NCBI GenBank assembly: GCA_964504535.1
Contig: CAZDED010000005.1
Span: 9,411-73,410 of the forward strand
Length of the DNA: 64,000 nt
Direction of reading: 5' to 3'
From: an uncultured Gammaproteobacteria bacterium
Lineage (GTDB): Bacteria > Patescibacteriota > Microgenomatia > Levybacterales > GWA1-39-11
Below the pieces are notes generated by a model, which saw only the letters and a program-made list of their open reading frames with translations, did not search any database and was not told the DNA's origin. This document shows, one piece after another, positions 1 to 9,251 of the stretch (position 1 is its first letter; every line of letters starts with the position of its first letter). Position numbers and translations under genes: made by a program.

Positions 1-1
1 C

Positions 2-586
2 CTATCACCGGAAGATGAAGCAAAAATTAAAGTATCTTTAGATTCTTCACAACACCTTATATCACTAGTAAGCGACATACTGGATGTATCAGCAATCGAA
101 GGAAAACGTATCAAGCTCAATCCTTCGCAAATTGATCTTAAAGCACTCATTCAAGCACAAATTGAAGAAATGCAGACTCTTGCCCAACAGAAGAATATCA
201 AGCTTGAAAGTAAAATAGAAAGTGAGAAAGTGATGGCATATGCGGATCCTGATAAGGTAAAACAAGTATTAACAAATCTTATCGGCAATGCATTTAAATT
301 TACTCCTGGAGGGGGAAGCATAACTATTTCGGCACGTATTGAAGGTAAAAATGCGAAAGTTTCGGTGGCAGACACCGGACCAGGAATCAAAAAAGATGAT
401 CTTTCAAAGTTATTTACAAAATTTGGGAAGCTTGAAACTTCATTTAGTAAGTCTGCAAATACTTCAGGTGTAGGTCTGGGGCTTTATATTAGTAAAAATC
501 TCATCGAAATGTCTCGAGGTGAGATTACAATTGAGTCTGAGGTGGGAAAGGGTACAACATTTAGTTTTACCCTGCCTGTTTCTTGA
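2..586 (+). CDS. Sensor histidine kinase, C-terminal part (end of HisKA + HATPase_c); 5' truncated by window edge
   Basis: Frame is open from base 2 (LVSDILDVSAIE); N box QVLTNLIGNAFKF, G1 DTGPGI, G2 GVGLGL. Confidence 0.95.
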   Translation, partial: LSPEDEAKIKVSLDSSQHLISLVSDILDVSAIEGKRIKLNPSQIDLKALIQAQIEEMQTLAQQKNIKLESKIESEKVMAYADPDKVKQVLTNLIGNAFKFTPGGGSITISARIEGKNAKVSVADTGPGIKKDDLSKLFTKFGKLETSFSKSANTSGVGLGLYISKNLIEMSRGEITIESEVGKGTTFSFTLPVS

Positions 587-617
587 CTTGCTTGATGCGA
601 AGTGATAGTTTTTAGTT

Positions 618-983
618 ATGGATAATAAACACATACTACTTATTGAAGACGACCAGAATACAAGTGATATTTATTCAGGAATTTTAAAAACCCAGGGATA
701 CCAAGTAGATGTTGCGCTTGATGGACGTGAGGGGCTAGATAAGGCGTCTACAAATGCGTATGACCTCATATTGCTCGATATTATGATGCCAAAAATAGAT
801 GGACTTGAAACGCTTGCTGTTCTTAAGAAATATGATGCGCATAGAAAAGTTGCCCTTTTTTCCAATTTATCATCAACAGAGATTATCGAGAAAGCTATGA
901 AAATAGGAGCAGATGAATTTATTATGAAGTCAGACACCGATCCAGACAGTTTTCTGGTAAAGGTAAAGAGATTAACAAATTAA
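618..983 (+). CDS. Stand-alone response regulator receiver (CheY-like)
   Basis: ILLIEDD, DLILLDIMMPKIDG, GADEFIMK; no output domain. Confidence 0.93.
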   Translation: MDNKHILLIEDDQNTSDIYSGILKTQGYQVDVALDGREGLDKASTNAYDLILLDIMMPKIDGLETLAVLKKYDAHRKVALFSNLSSTEIIEKAMKIGADEFIMKSDTDPDSFLVKVKRLTN

Positions 984-1034
984 CGGCAGCTTGTTTTTTC
1001 ACAATGTAAGGATTACAGTAGTTGAAAGGGTAAT

Positions 1035-1433
1035 ATGAGTAAAATATTAATTGTAGAAGATGATCCACTGATGTCTCGGATGTATCAAAAGATTTTTTCT
1101 TTTGAGAATTATGAAGTGATCCAAGCAGCGGATGGAGAAGAGGGTTTGGAGAAGGCAAAAACAGTAAATCCAACTATCATACTTTTAGACGTTATGATGC
1201 CTAAAATGAATGGTCTTGATGTGCTGGATAAGCTTAAACTTGATCCTTCAACCAAAGCAATCCCTGTCGTTATGCTGACTAATCTTGCCGGACAACGAGA
1301 TGCAGAAACAGCGATGGCAAAAGGAGCGGTCAAGTACATCATAAAAAGTGAATATGAGCCAAAACAAGTCGCAGACATGATAAAAGAAATATTGGCCGGG
1401 TACACCAGGGATGAAGTCCCAGAAAGTGCATAA
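1035..1433 (+). CDS. Stand-alone response regulator receiver (CheY-like)
   Basis: ILIVEDD, LLDVMMPKMNG, MLTN, GAVKYIIK. Confidence 0.93.
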   Translation: MSKILIVEDDPLMSRMYQKIFSFENYEVIQAADGEEGLEKAKTVNPTIILLDVMMPKMNGLDVLDKLKLDPSTKAIPVVMLTNLAGQRDAETAMAKGAVKYIIKSEYEPKQVADMIKEILAGYTRDEVPESA

Positions 1434-2073
1434 AACCGTGAAAAAAAAGCTTGCCCCGAGTAAAAAATCTACTGAAAATATTCCCGAAGAACTTCCCGTT
1501 GTTGAAAAAGTCGAAGAAATTAAGGCGACGACACGAAGAGATTCATTTTTCTACAATCAAGAACCTGAAACTCCCTCTGAAAGTACAATTGTCGAAGAAA
1601 GTGAACCCAAAATTGAACGTCAGAATAAAAAGCTATTTTTCTTAGGATTTGGAGTATTTATAGCAACGGTTATATGCACCTTAATTTTTGGATTACTATT
1701 TATGCAATTAAATGGATCCGGAAATGCGAAGCAATCGCAGGATACTATTTCGAATCCGGAACCTACCCCAACACCAACGCCAGCAACACTTGACCGGGAA
1801 TCTTGGACTTTTGAGGTACACAATGGCAGTGGAGTAGCTGGTGCGGCCGCAAAAGCTTCTGAAAAATTTGAAAAACTTGGATATAAAGTGACCAATACGG
1901 GAAATGCAGAGGAGGAAGTTACTATAACAGAACTTTACATTTCAAAAGATAAAAGTGAAGAAGAGACGCAACTTCTATTGGAAGATTTAAAATCTGATTT
2001 CGGAGAGCTGACTGTTACGGGAAAACTTACAGATTCAACCGCTTCAGTTCGAATTATTCTTGGAAAGGAATAG
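1411..2073 (+). CDS. Membrane-anchored LytR C-terminal domain protein
   Basis: One TM helix, PT linker, VHNGSGVAGAA ... VRIILG motif. Confidence 0.8.
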   Translation: MKSQKVHKTVKKKLAPSKKSTENIPEELPVVEKVEEIKATTRRDSFFYNQEPETPSESTIVEESEPKIERQNKKLFFLGFGVFIATVICTLIFGLLFMQLNGSGNAKQSQDTISNPEPTPTPTPATLDRESWTFEVHNGSGVAGAAAKASEKFEKLGYKVTNTGNAEEEVTITELYISKDKSEEETQLLLEDLKSDFGELTVTGKLTDSTASVRIILGKE

Positions 2074-2121
2074 GCCATATTCCTTGACAGCAAAGTTTCA
2101 TATTCCGTATGATAAAAACAT

Positions 2122-2973
2122 ATGAAAAAAGCTGCCCGCAACAAGAAAGAATCCTTTTTTGAAAAACAACAGGAGATAGTGGAAGAAATTGTAATTGAAG
2201 AGAAAAAAATTGCTAAATCGAAAATGAAATTGTTGTCACAAAGAAAATATCAGGTAGGATTATTAGTTTTGATAATTATTGTCGTGGGAGCTTTGGTGGC
2301 AGGGTATGGGTTTACTCAAAAAAATGACTTAGTTGATGGTGGAAAGCTGAGCCCTTCCCAGATATCAGCACTTGTTAATGAAGTGGGGGATAAGATGGTC
2401 ATTCCAAAAGGGGAGACTCCAACTATCGCAACGGTTACTGATATCACAAAACTTGAAGAACAACCGTTCTTTAGGAATGCTCAAAATGGCGATAAAGTCA
2501 TGATATTTGGGAGTACAAACACTGCAATTTTGTACCGTCCATCAATTCACAAAATAGTAACGGTAGCGCCTATTAATGCTCAGAATTCCCCGATAACAAC
2601 TAGCAATACAACCCCAACACCATTGCCATCAGGTGTAACTCCGAGCGTCAGTCCAACTCCCACATCTACACCAACAAAAGTAGCAATTCTTAACGGAACG
2701 AAAGTAGCCGGACTTGCCAAAAAAGCGGAAGATCTTCTAAAAAGCTCAAACATCGAGGTAGTTACTCTTGGGAATTCAGTTGGAGACTATCAAACAAGTT
2801 CAATCTCTAAAGTTGCAAGCTCAACAAAGCTTACAGATAATGACTTACAGTTAATAATTTCACCTACAAAATTAAAGGCTAAAGTAGTTGCTCTTCCTGC
2901 TGATGAAACAGTACCGGGAGGAGTAGAAGTAGTAATTATCCTCGGAAAAGATTTTGCTGACGCTCAACAATAA
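2122..2973 (+). CDS. Membrane-anchored LytR C-terminal domain protein
   Basis: TM helix, PT-rich linker, ILNGTKVAGLA ... VVIILGKD. Confidence 0.8.
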   Translation: MKKAARNKKESFFEKQQEIVEEIVIEEKKIAKSKMKLLSQRKYQVGLLVLIIIVVGALVAGYGFTQKNDLVDGGKLSPSQISALVNEVGDKMVIPKGETPTIATVTDITKLEEQPFFRNAQNGDKVMIFGSTNTAILYRPSIHKIVTVAPINAQNSPITTSNTTPTPLPSGVTPSVSPTPTSTPTKVAILNGTKVAGLAKKAEDLLKSSNIEVVTLGNSVGDYQTSSISKVASSTKLTDNDLQLIISPTKLKAKVVALPADETVPGGVEVVIILGKDFADAQQ

Positions 2974-2975
2974 TA

Positions 2976-5720
2976 TTATCTTCTCGCCGCCCGCATATTG
3001 GAGGCCCACAAGAGAATGTCTGCGATTGACACTATTATAAATGGAAGTACTTTAAACACCCCGAATTGACCTATAAATACGATTTCTATAGCCAGAACAA
3101 GAATTAAAATAGCCTCAAATAGAGTAGATAAAAGATATTCCGTATACCACTTAACATTATTAAGACTCATACGAGGAGGCTTGCCTGTTTGTTCTATTAG
3201 TAAAACAATCCTGTCATTAAGATCATTCTTTTTGACCTTGATTGATGTACCAGAAAACCCTTTTTTATTAGTAGTTATTCTGATATCAACAGCCTCATGA
3301 ATCTTTACTAAAAACTCACCATGCTCATTGCTTTTTGTATGACCCAGAACTTTTCCTGAGTTTGAAAGGAAATAGAGTAGGACTCCTGCTACCGGCTCAT
3401 CTGAACCTGAAGTTGAGATGTTCCCATGAACAAGAAATGTGTGTACATCCTTTCTAAAAGGAAGAAATATGTGATACAAGAGAAACGTGGGAAATAAAAT
3501 GACTGGCACCGACATCCTTTTTGAGAGAGAGATGGTAAGAAGAAAAGCAAGAAACGATAGTAATAAAAAGGCAACAAGCTCAAAAAATCGATAAGACGAG
3601 CGAAGAGTTTGTATTGCTTGCTCAGAAGACTGGAAAAAATCAAGTGCAGTTGATAGGTAATATTGGCCAAGTGTCAGGATGTTAAATGGCAGGGGGGTAA
3701 GTTCGACGGTGGGGTAGGAAGATGACATATCAGGGTCAAGAGTGAACTCGAGTGATTGTTCTTTGTATCCAAGAATTTGAATAACAGCTTTGTATTTCCC
3801 AGGAGGAAGAACTGTCAAAACCTTCCCATCAGGCTCAGAATACGCAGGATTTTTTATAGGTGTTACGGAAGATGATAATAATTCATAAATCTTGAGACGT
3901 TGATTGTAGAAGTAGAACGTAATTTTTGCGTGCTCGATAGCAGCTTTTGTTGCACTATTTATGACTCGTAAAGGTTGGGAGACTGTAACATCTGAAATTT
4001 TTTGTTCTGAGATGTTGCCATTGTAATCCTGGACTTGCAATATGAGCTCATATTCTCCAGGCCGTACTCCGGCATTTAGTCTTCCCACAAAATGTCCCGG
4101 ACTTATTTCAGATACTGTTACGGAGTCCGAACTCGTGGTTTCAGGTTCAAAACTATTTATTCCAAGTACATTCTTACTTCTGAGAATTGCTTTTACTGCC
4201 TTTACATTAGAAGGATCTTTTATCATTACCTTAAAGGAGTAATTGGAAGTGTTGGGAATGATAAAGATACCTATTGGACTTTGGAGACGCGAACCGTCGA
4301 CTAGCAATACATCTTGGCTTGTTACAATCAATGAATTTATGTCTACTTGGGGTGGGTTTGAGGTTTGAGCTGTATCTAACAGATAAAGATCTGAGGTGGC
4401 AGATATCCCATTTTGTGTGGTTGCCAAGACTTTGAAATAGTATCTTGTGCGAGGTTTGAGGTTGGTAAGAGTTACTAAATGATCTTTCCTAAAGTCGTTG
4501 ACAACCTGAGATTCATTTAAATTACTTATAGACGTACCGTATGAAATGTTAATTTTTGAAGCCAGACTGGTTGATATATAAATTGAAGCCTGATCTTGGC
4601 TAATTGTTCTGATATCAATTACATTTATCCGTAATGATGAGCTAGTGTTTGGTTTTGGTCCCAGTCCATCAGATTTTCCATCAGTTCTACCATCAGTTCT
4701 GCCATCCCCTCCAGAACTGCCACCATAGGAAATCGCAGATGTCGGGGCATTTGGATTTTGAAAAGTAGACGTTATTGTTGAATCTGCGGTTTGGGTTACT
4801 GGGCCTAAAACTCTCCCATTGACCGTAAAAGTCACTGGTAATGAGCCGGTGTAGGATGAGCTTGTTTTGAGTTTGAAAGTCACAGTTTGGTCAGTAGTAT
4901 TGCCCGGTATAGTAGTTATAGTCCAATCTATTTTTCTGTTAACCGTGTCAACCACTGCTGGAGTGTTGTTGTAAGCATTTGAACTACTACCTATTACATA
5001 ATCGAGAATTTCCTCAGTTGGCGTTCCATTCCCTTCAACGGTTCCCAAATCCCAGCTAGCCTCAACAGTAATTGCAGCTGGATAACTGAGCAAGTTTGCG
5101 TAAGTCAGAGTATATGTTAGAGTCGTTTCTGGGGCAAAAGTACCGTTTGCAGGGTCTGTGATGGTAAGATCAGCACTAAAATCCGTGGGATTTGCAGCGA
5201 CAGTTGCTGTGACGGATATGCTTTCACTGGTGACTATTGAAACCGCATAGGCATGATAATCAACGACCTGGCTCGAGTTATTCATGGTTCTAAGAACCCC
5301 TACATAGGTTCCAGTTGATGCTGGAGTAGTCAGAGTATTTGAAGAAGCGAAGTTAAAGCAATACTGCGTGCCTGTTGACAGGTCGTTTGAGGGAAAAGTG
5401 ACTGTTTGGCCTGAGACTGCTGTTGCTGTGCCTATTCCAGGCAATGGAGTAGCACCTGAGGGTAGATTTGTCGTTGCGATAGTCCAATTTGAAGCCGTAG
5501 AATTTACACTAAACCCAGTCGGAAATATAACTTGAATCGAATTTTCTACGCCATTTGTTGAAGGTGTAGCACAAATAAGACCTCCAGTCACTTTTGAGAT
5601 CGCCAATCTGTCTAGACGCACTAAGGTTTCCAAATCTCCAGCATAGGCTAGATGAGGCAGGAGAGGGGTAAGAATGGGTATAAGTACTACCACAAAAAGG
5701 ATACGGGCAATAATACGCAT
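2976..5720 (-). CDS. Large cell-surface/membrane protein with Ig/FN3-like and carboxypeptidase-regulatory-like beta domains
   Basis: 914-aa ORF; signal peptide (AYA), T/S-rich beta region, FN3-like HLVTLTNLKPRTRYYFKV, C-terminal TM helices. Confidence 0.7.
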   Translation of the reverse strand: MRIIARILFVVVLIPILTPLLPHLAYAGDLETLVRLDRLAISKVTGGLICATPSTNGVENSIQVIFPTGFSVNSTASNWTIATTNLPSGATPLPGIGTATAVSGQTVTFPSNDLSTGTQYCFNFASSNTLTTPASTGTYVGVLRTMNNSSQVVDYHAYAVSIVTSESISVTATVAANPTDFSADLTITDPANGTFAPETTLTYTLTYANLLSYPAAITVEASWDLGTVEGNGTPTEEILDYVIGSSSNAYNNTPAVVDTVNRKIDWTITTIPGNTTDQTVTFKLKTSSSYTGSLPVTFTVNGRVLGPVTQTADSTITSTFQNPNAPTSAISYGGSSGGDGRTDGRTDGKSDGLGPKPNTSSSLRINVIDIRTISQDQASIYISTSLASKINISYGTSISNLNESQVVNDFRKDHLVTLTNLKPRTRYYFKVLATTQNGISATSDLYLLDTAQTSNPPQVDINSLIVTSQDVLLVDGSRLQSPIGIFIIPNTSNYSFKVMIKDPSNVKAVKAILRSKNVLGINSFEPETTSSDSVTVSEISPGHFVGRLNAGVRPGEYELILQVQDYNGNISEQKISDVTVSQPLRVINSATKAAIEHAKITFYFYNQRLKIYELLSSSVTPIKNPAYSEPDGKVLTVLPPGKYKAVIQILGYKEQSLEFTLDPDMSSSYPTVELTPLPFNILTLGQYYLSTALDFFQSSEQAIQTLRSSYRFFELVAFLLLSFLAFLLTISLSKRMSVPVILFPTFLLYHIFLPFRKDVHTFLVHGNISTSGSDEPVAGVLLYFLSNSGKVLGHTKSNEHGEFLVKIHEAVDIRITTNKKGFSGTSIKVKKNDLNDRIVLLIEQTGKPPRMSLNNVKWYTEYLLSTLFEAILILVLAIEIVFIGQFGVFKVLPFIIVSIADILLWASNMRAARR
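4665..4708 (-). repeat. Short 12-nt tandem repeat encoding DGRT-DGRT-DGKS-DG in a linker
   Basis: ccatcagatttt/ccatcagttcta/ccatcagttctg on the + strand. Confidence 0.7.
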
Positions 5721-5794
5721 ATATTAAGTATCACGCATTACAAAGAGCGTATCAAGTATTTGATTCTCAAACAGATATTCCTCATAATTGTTAT

Positions 5795-6481
5795 ATGACA
5801 TACAAGACAAAAGAGAAGTCTTTTTTCGAAAAAACAATTGAAGAGGAGATAGTAAAGCCGGTTCAGGAAACAAAGGAGGATCTTCAGGAATTGGAGAAAA
5901 AAGGTGCTAAAAAAGTCCTGAAATGGTACGATTTCGGAGCCTCTTCTCTTCGTGATGAGATCAAAAGACGTCCTGCGCAATATTTTTTCTTATTCATAAC
6001 ATCCTTTATAGGGTCTGCATTGACTACTGGTGCTGCTTTAATAATTTTTTCAGGCAATCTTATCGCTCAGTTCGTCCCAAAACCGGTCCAAAAAGTGGAA
6101 AGTTCTCAGACTGTCAAAGTTCCTGTAGCTGCCACTAAATATGACCCATTACTTCTTGCTTCAAAATTGCGCAAAAATGAGACAGACTTCGAGCTCGTGG
6201 ATGTACGAAGTTCAGAGGAATTCAACCGAGGCCATATCATGGGTGCTGTGAGCCTTCCTGTTTATTCGACAGAAATGGTTGGCAAAAGTGGTGATGTCGA
6301 TGTGGCAAGCATAAAGGAGGCATTCAAGAAATATACTACAACTGACAAATTCCTTATCATTTACGCTCAAAATGCTTATGCAACTATCCCTTCAGATATA
6401 GCAGCCATCCTCTCAACTGGCAAAAAGGAAGTAAAAGCCCTTGCAGTTGGGTGGGAAGAGTGGCAACATCTCAATCAGTAA
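5795..6481 (+). CDS. Membrane-anchored rhodanese-like domain protein (no obvious active-site Cys)
   Basis: LVDVRSSEEFNRGHIMGA motif; IIYAQ where IVYC is usual; TM segment. Confidence 0.8.
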   Translation: MTYKTKEKSFFEKTIEEEIVKPVQETKEDLQELEKKGAKKVLKWYDFGASSLRDEIKRRPAQYFFLFITSFIGSALTTGAALIIFSGNLIAQFVPKPVQKVESSQTVKVPVAATKYDPLLLASKLRKNETDFELVDVRSSEEFNRGHIMGAVSLPVYSTEMVGKSGDVDVASIKEAFKKYTTTDKFLIIYAQNAYATIPSDIAAILSTGKKEVKALAVGWEEWQHLNQ

Positions 6482-6733
6482 TTAGTAAATAGTAATTAGG
6501 AATTTCCAACAAATTGAAGCTATTAGTCCTATATTAAAAAAATATCCCTATAGTACGAAGCATGACAAGTCACATATAGGCCTAGAATATGAATCGTTAT
6601 TATCTCAGTTTGAGCCTAAAAATTATTACGGGATAATTTATTCTTAGAGCATTTGTTTCCTTTCTATTTGAGCTGATATTTAGTAAAATATACTTCGTGC
6701 CGAAGATGAAAATTTTCGGTGCAAAGAAAGCGT

Positions 6734-6818
6734 GCCGAGATGACGGAGCGGTCAATCGTAACAGACTGTAAATCTGTCGCCCGTTTGGGCTACATAGGTT
6801 CGAATCCTATTCTCGGCA
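6734..6818 (+). tRNA. tRNA-Tyr(GTA)
   Basis: Acceptor GCCGAGA/TCTCGGC, anticodon arm ACAGA-CTGTAAA-TCTGT, long variable arm, GGTTCGAATCC; CCA not encoded. Confidence 0.96.
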
Positions 6819-6842
6819 CAAAAATAGATAAGAAGTTTTTTT

Positions 6843-6972
6843 GTGAAGAGAAAGGAGTCGACTGATAGATTTCAGTCCCCTTCGGGAACAGACTGTAAGC
6901 AAGCTTGAGACCGTTGGTCTTAAATCTGTCGCCCGTTTGGGCTACATAGGTTCGAATCCTATTCTCGGCACA
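6843..6972 (+). pseudogene. Degenerate tRNA-Tyr copy with hairpin insertions in D and anticodon loops
   Basis: 6921-6972 identical to 6769-6820; 25-nt insert at 6899-6923 after GTA-A; diverged 5' half. Confidence 0.8.
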
Positions 6973-7037
6973 CGAAATTTTTTTGAGTGTGACGAGAACA
7001 AACTTGCTTTATTCTCGGCACAAAATCCGCTAAATTT

Positions 7038-7094
7038 GCCCTGATGGCTCAGTGATCGCTCAATTTGCTTTGCAAATTGTAGAGCGCGTTCTTG
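7038..7094 (+). pseudogene. Degenerate 5' half of tRNA-Thr with 24-nt D-loop insertion
   Basis: tggctcagtg[atcgctcaatttgctttgcaaatt]gtagagcgc versus intact tggctcagtggtagagcgc. Confidence 0.75.
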
Positions 7095-7113
7095 AGACGG
7101 AAAAACTTTTTAT

Positions 7114-7185
7114 GCCCGAGTGGCTCAGTGGTAGAGCGCATTCTTGGTAAGAATGAGGTCCCGGGTCCGATTCCCGGCTTGGGCT
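7114..7185 (+). tRNA. tRNA-Thr(GGT)
   Basis: Acceptor GCCCGAG/CTTGGGC, D arm GCTCAGTGGTAGAGC, CATTC-TTGGTAA-GAATG, T arm CCGGG-TCCGATT-CCCGG. Confidence 0.95.
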
Positions 7186-7225
7186 CAAAAGTTTTTCCTC
7201 GCAATTTGGCGAAGCCAAATCGAAA

Positions 7226-7437
7226 GAACAGAGTGGTGACGACCATGCGAAGTATGGCCAAGCTTGAAAGGCTTATTCCCGCTCGGGGCTCAGTGATCGC
7301 TCAATTTGCATTGCAAATCGTAGAGCATTCTTGGTAAGTAGTCATGGGGACGACCCTGCATAGCAGGGCAAGGTTCTGAACTTATTCAGGTTCTTAGCAG
7401 AGCCAAGCCTGAAAGGCTTATTCCCGGCCGAGGCTCA
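7226..7437 (+). pseudogene. Fused degenerate tRNA-Thr copies with several hairpin insertions
   Basis: Two copies of aagcYtgaaaggctt-attcccg...ggctca; ggctcagtg[24-nt insert]gtagagcattcttggtaag. Confidence 0.7.
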
Positions 7438-7503
7438 AATATTTCCTCGCAGGTTTTCGTTTCTTTTTTGCAATAGCTTGCCTATCAGGAGTATAATATA
7501 GAG

Positions 7504-7809
7504 ATGTCAGAATTTATATCGGATGCTATTATTATGTTTCCTGACCGGAATTTGAGAGGTGGTCTTACTTTACATAGTGAACATGAGGATGGAAGACTAA
7601 TGAAAATGGAAGTCGATGAAAGTGTCGTTAATCGGCTTAAAAAGTTTGGATATAGTCAGGAAGCTGAAATTATGGATGTTTTGGTACCAATTAGCAATGT
7701 AGACGGAGAGGATATTATGCAAATGGATTCACCTGTATATCAGTGGGGGATGGAGATAGGGCAATTTATAGTAGCAAATGAGCCAAAAAATAAAATAAAT
7801 CTCTCCTAA
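7504..7809 (+). CDS. Hypothetical protein (leaderless)
   Basis: 101-aa ORF; TTGCAA...TATAAT just upstream of ATG. Confidence 0.7.
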   Translation: MSEFISDAIIMFPDRNLRGGLTLHSEHEDGRLMKMEVDESVVNRLKKFGYSQEAEIMDVLVPISNVDGEDIMQMDSPVYQWGMEIGQFIVANEPKNKINLS

Positions 7810-7882
7810 TACACCTTATTTACTTGCAATTCTAGGTAATAGCTAATATAATTTGTACTTACGTTAAAAACTTTCACATATT

Positions 7883-8062
7883 ATGGCAAAAAAATCTAAA
7901 GGAACACGTCTACAATTCGGTCTTCAATGCACCGTTTGTAAGAACGTTAACTACATAACACAACGCAACAAGCTCAATACGCCAGAAAAATTGGTGTTAA
8001 AGAAATTCTGCAATTTTTGTAAGAAAATTCAACCTCACAAGGAACGGGAAAAGTTGAAGTAG
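7883..8062 (+). CDS. rpmG: 50S ribosomal protein L33, zinc-ribbon type (not in ORF track)
   Basis: Manual translation MAKKSKGTRLQFGLQCTVCKNVNYITQRNKLNTPEKLVLKKFCNFCKKIQPHKEREKLK. Confidence 0.96.
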   Translation: MAKKSKGTRLQFGLQCTVCKNVNYITQRNKLNTPEKLVLKKFCNFCKKIQPHKEREKLK

Positions 8063-8128
8063 TCTTCATTTTCTTTGTTTCACTAAAAAGATCCAACCCC
8101 ACAAAAAAAGAGAAAAACTCAAATAGCT

Positions 8129-8809
8129 TTACAGTAGTAGAAGAGAGAAGAGTCCGAAAGCTGCTCCAAGTAGTGCTCCACCAATGACGTCAGTTGTCCA
8201 ATGTTCTCCTAGACTGATCCGGGATACTAGCATCAGAATCGCATACAAAGAGACGACTCCAATGACAGGGAATCGTAAATATGTAGATATTTTTTTGCCC
8301 TTAATTAGAAGCATAATTATAATTATGAACAAGAAAATTACACGTAAAGAATGACCCGAAGGGTACGATGCATCAGTATGTACATAAAGCCCTGGGAATT
8401 GCATTGATAGATCAGTCGTACGAAGGAACATATGAGGTGGACCAGGCTGGGATAGGATGCCTTTTCCGATGATCTCAATGATATGTGCAGCTCCAAAAAA
8501 ACCAATAGTCAGAATTCCTATGATTTTATGTCTGAAAATTAATATCAAGATAAGAACAACTAAAGAAAATTCAAATCTTCCTGCTACGCTCAAAAAGGAG
8601 AAAAATTCATCAAATCTTAGAGGAATATCATCCTGAAGTCTTACAGTGGTGTTGAAGTCGAATTGCCTTAAAATATCACTTCTGACAATAAATGTGAATG
8701 CAGTGAACATTCCAAAGAAAATGACACCCAGAATAGTAAATGCCTTTTTATAATGTGGTGGAAATGAGGACATGAGCTCTTTTTTTATATGTTTGACTAC
8801 TTTTTGCAT
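8129..8809 (-). CDS. PAP2 family membrane phosphatase
   Basis: SYPSGH and SRISLGEHWTTDVIGG motifs; multiple TMs. Confidence 0.9.
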   Translation of the reverse strand: MQKVVKHIKKELMSSFPPHYKKAFTILGVIFFGMFTAFTFIVRSDILRQFDFNTTVRLQDDIPLRFDEFFSFLSVAGRFEFSLVVLILILIFRHKIIGILTIGFFGAAHIIEIIGKGILSQPGPPHMFLRTTDLSMQFPGLYVHTDASYPSGHSLRVIFLFIIIIMLLIKGKKISTYLRFPVIGVVSLYAILMLVSRISLGEHWTTDVIGGALLGAAFGLFSLLLL

Positions 8810-8860
8810 CGATATATATGGTAGCAAAAAACAGGTTTTAAATGCAAAAAAAAGACTGTA

Positions 8861-9079
8861 TTAAGTATTATTGCGAAGGGTTTCGTTCTGTGTCAGATCA
8901 AAAGAGGAGACGATGGGAGCTTCCTCAAGGAGAGTGTCAATTTCTCCAAGGAAGTGGCTTTGATCTTGCGAGAGTCCGGTAATATTCTGGCCATCTGTGA
9001 TTGCCTTTCTTTTAAGTTCAATAAGTTCAGGATCTTGGTAGTCCAAGTTCCTCAATGCTGCAGCAAGTTTCTCGTTCAT
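8861..9079 (-). CDS. Hypothetical protein
   Basis: 72-aa ORF with ATG; TAAAAT-like -10 a few nt upstream. Confidence 0.55.
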   Translation of the reverse strand: MNEKLAAALRNLDYQDPELIELKRKAITDGQNITGLSQDQSHFLGEIDTLLEEAPIVSSFDLTQNETLRNNT

Positions 9080-9251
9080 GTGTATATTTTATACCTCAAA
9101 ATTCTATATGCAAGCATTAGAAAATATTAGTTAGGGATCATTTTTTAGATGATGAATAATTTTTTATGGGGTATTTATCCTAGCAAACATATGTTTGAAT
9201 GGTAAATAGCCTACAATTGCTCATAGAATCTCAACCTTATACAATTTATAA

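Noticed and set aside
6498-6648. ~50-codon open frame upstream of tRNA-Tyr
   Set aside because: No start codon or recognisable motif; at most a gene remnant.
6843-6972. Functional intron-containing tRNA-Tyr
   Set aside because: The 5' acceptor strand and D arm are degenerate, I see no clear bulge-helix-bulge, and the insert is far too short for a group I intron. Kept as a shadow copy.
7049-7337. ORFs 7049-7261(-) and 7092-7337(+)
   Set aside because: They overlap tRNA-Thr and its copies; spurious.
6696-7437. CRISPR array
   Set aside because: The repeats are tRNA-derived and irregularly spaced, and there are no cas genes in the window.
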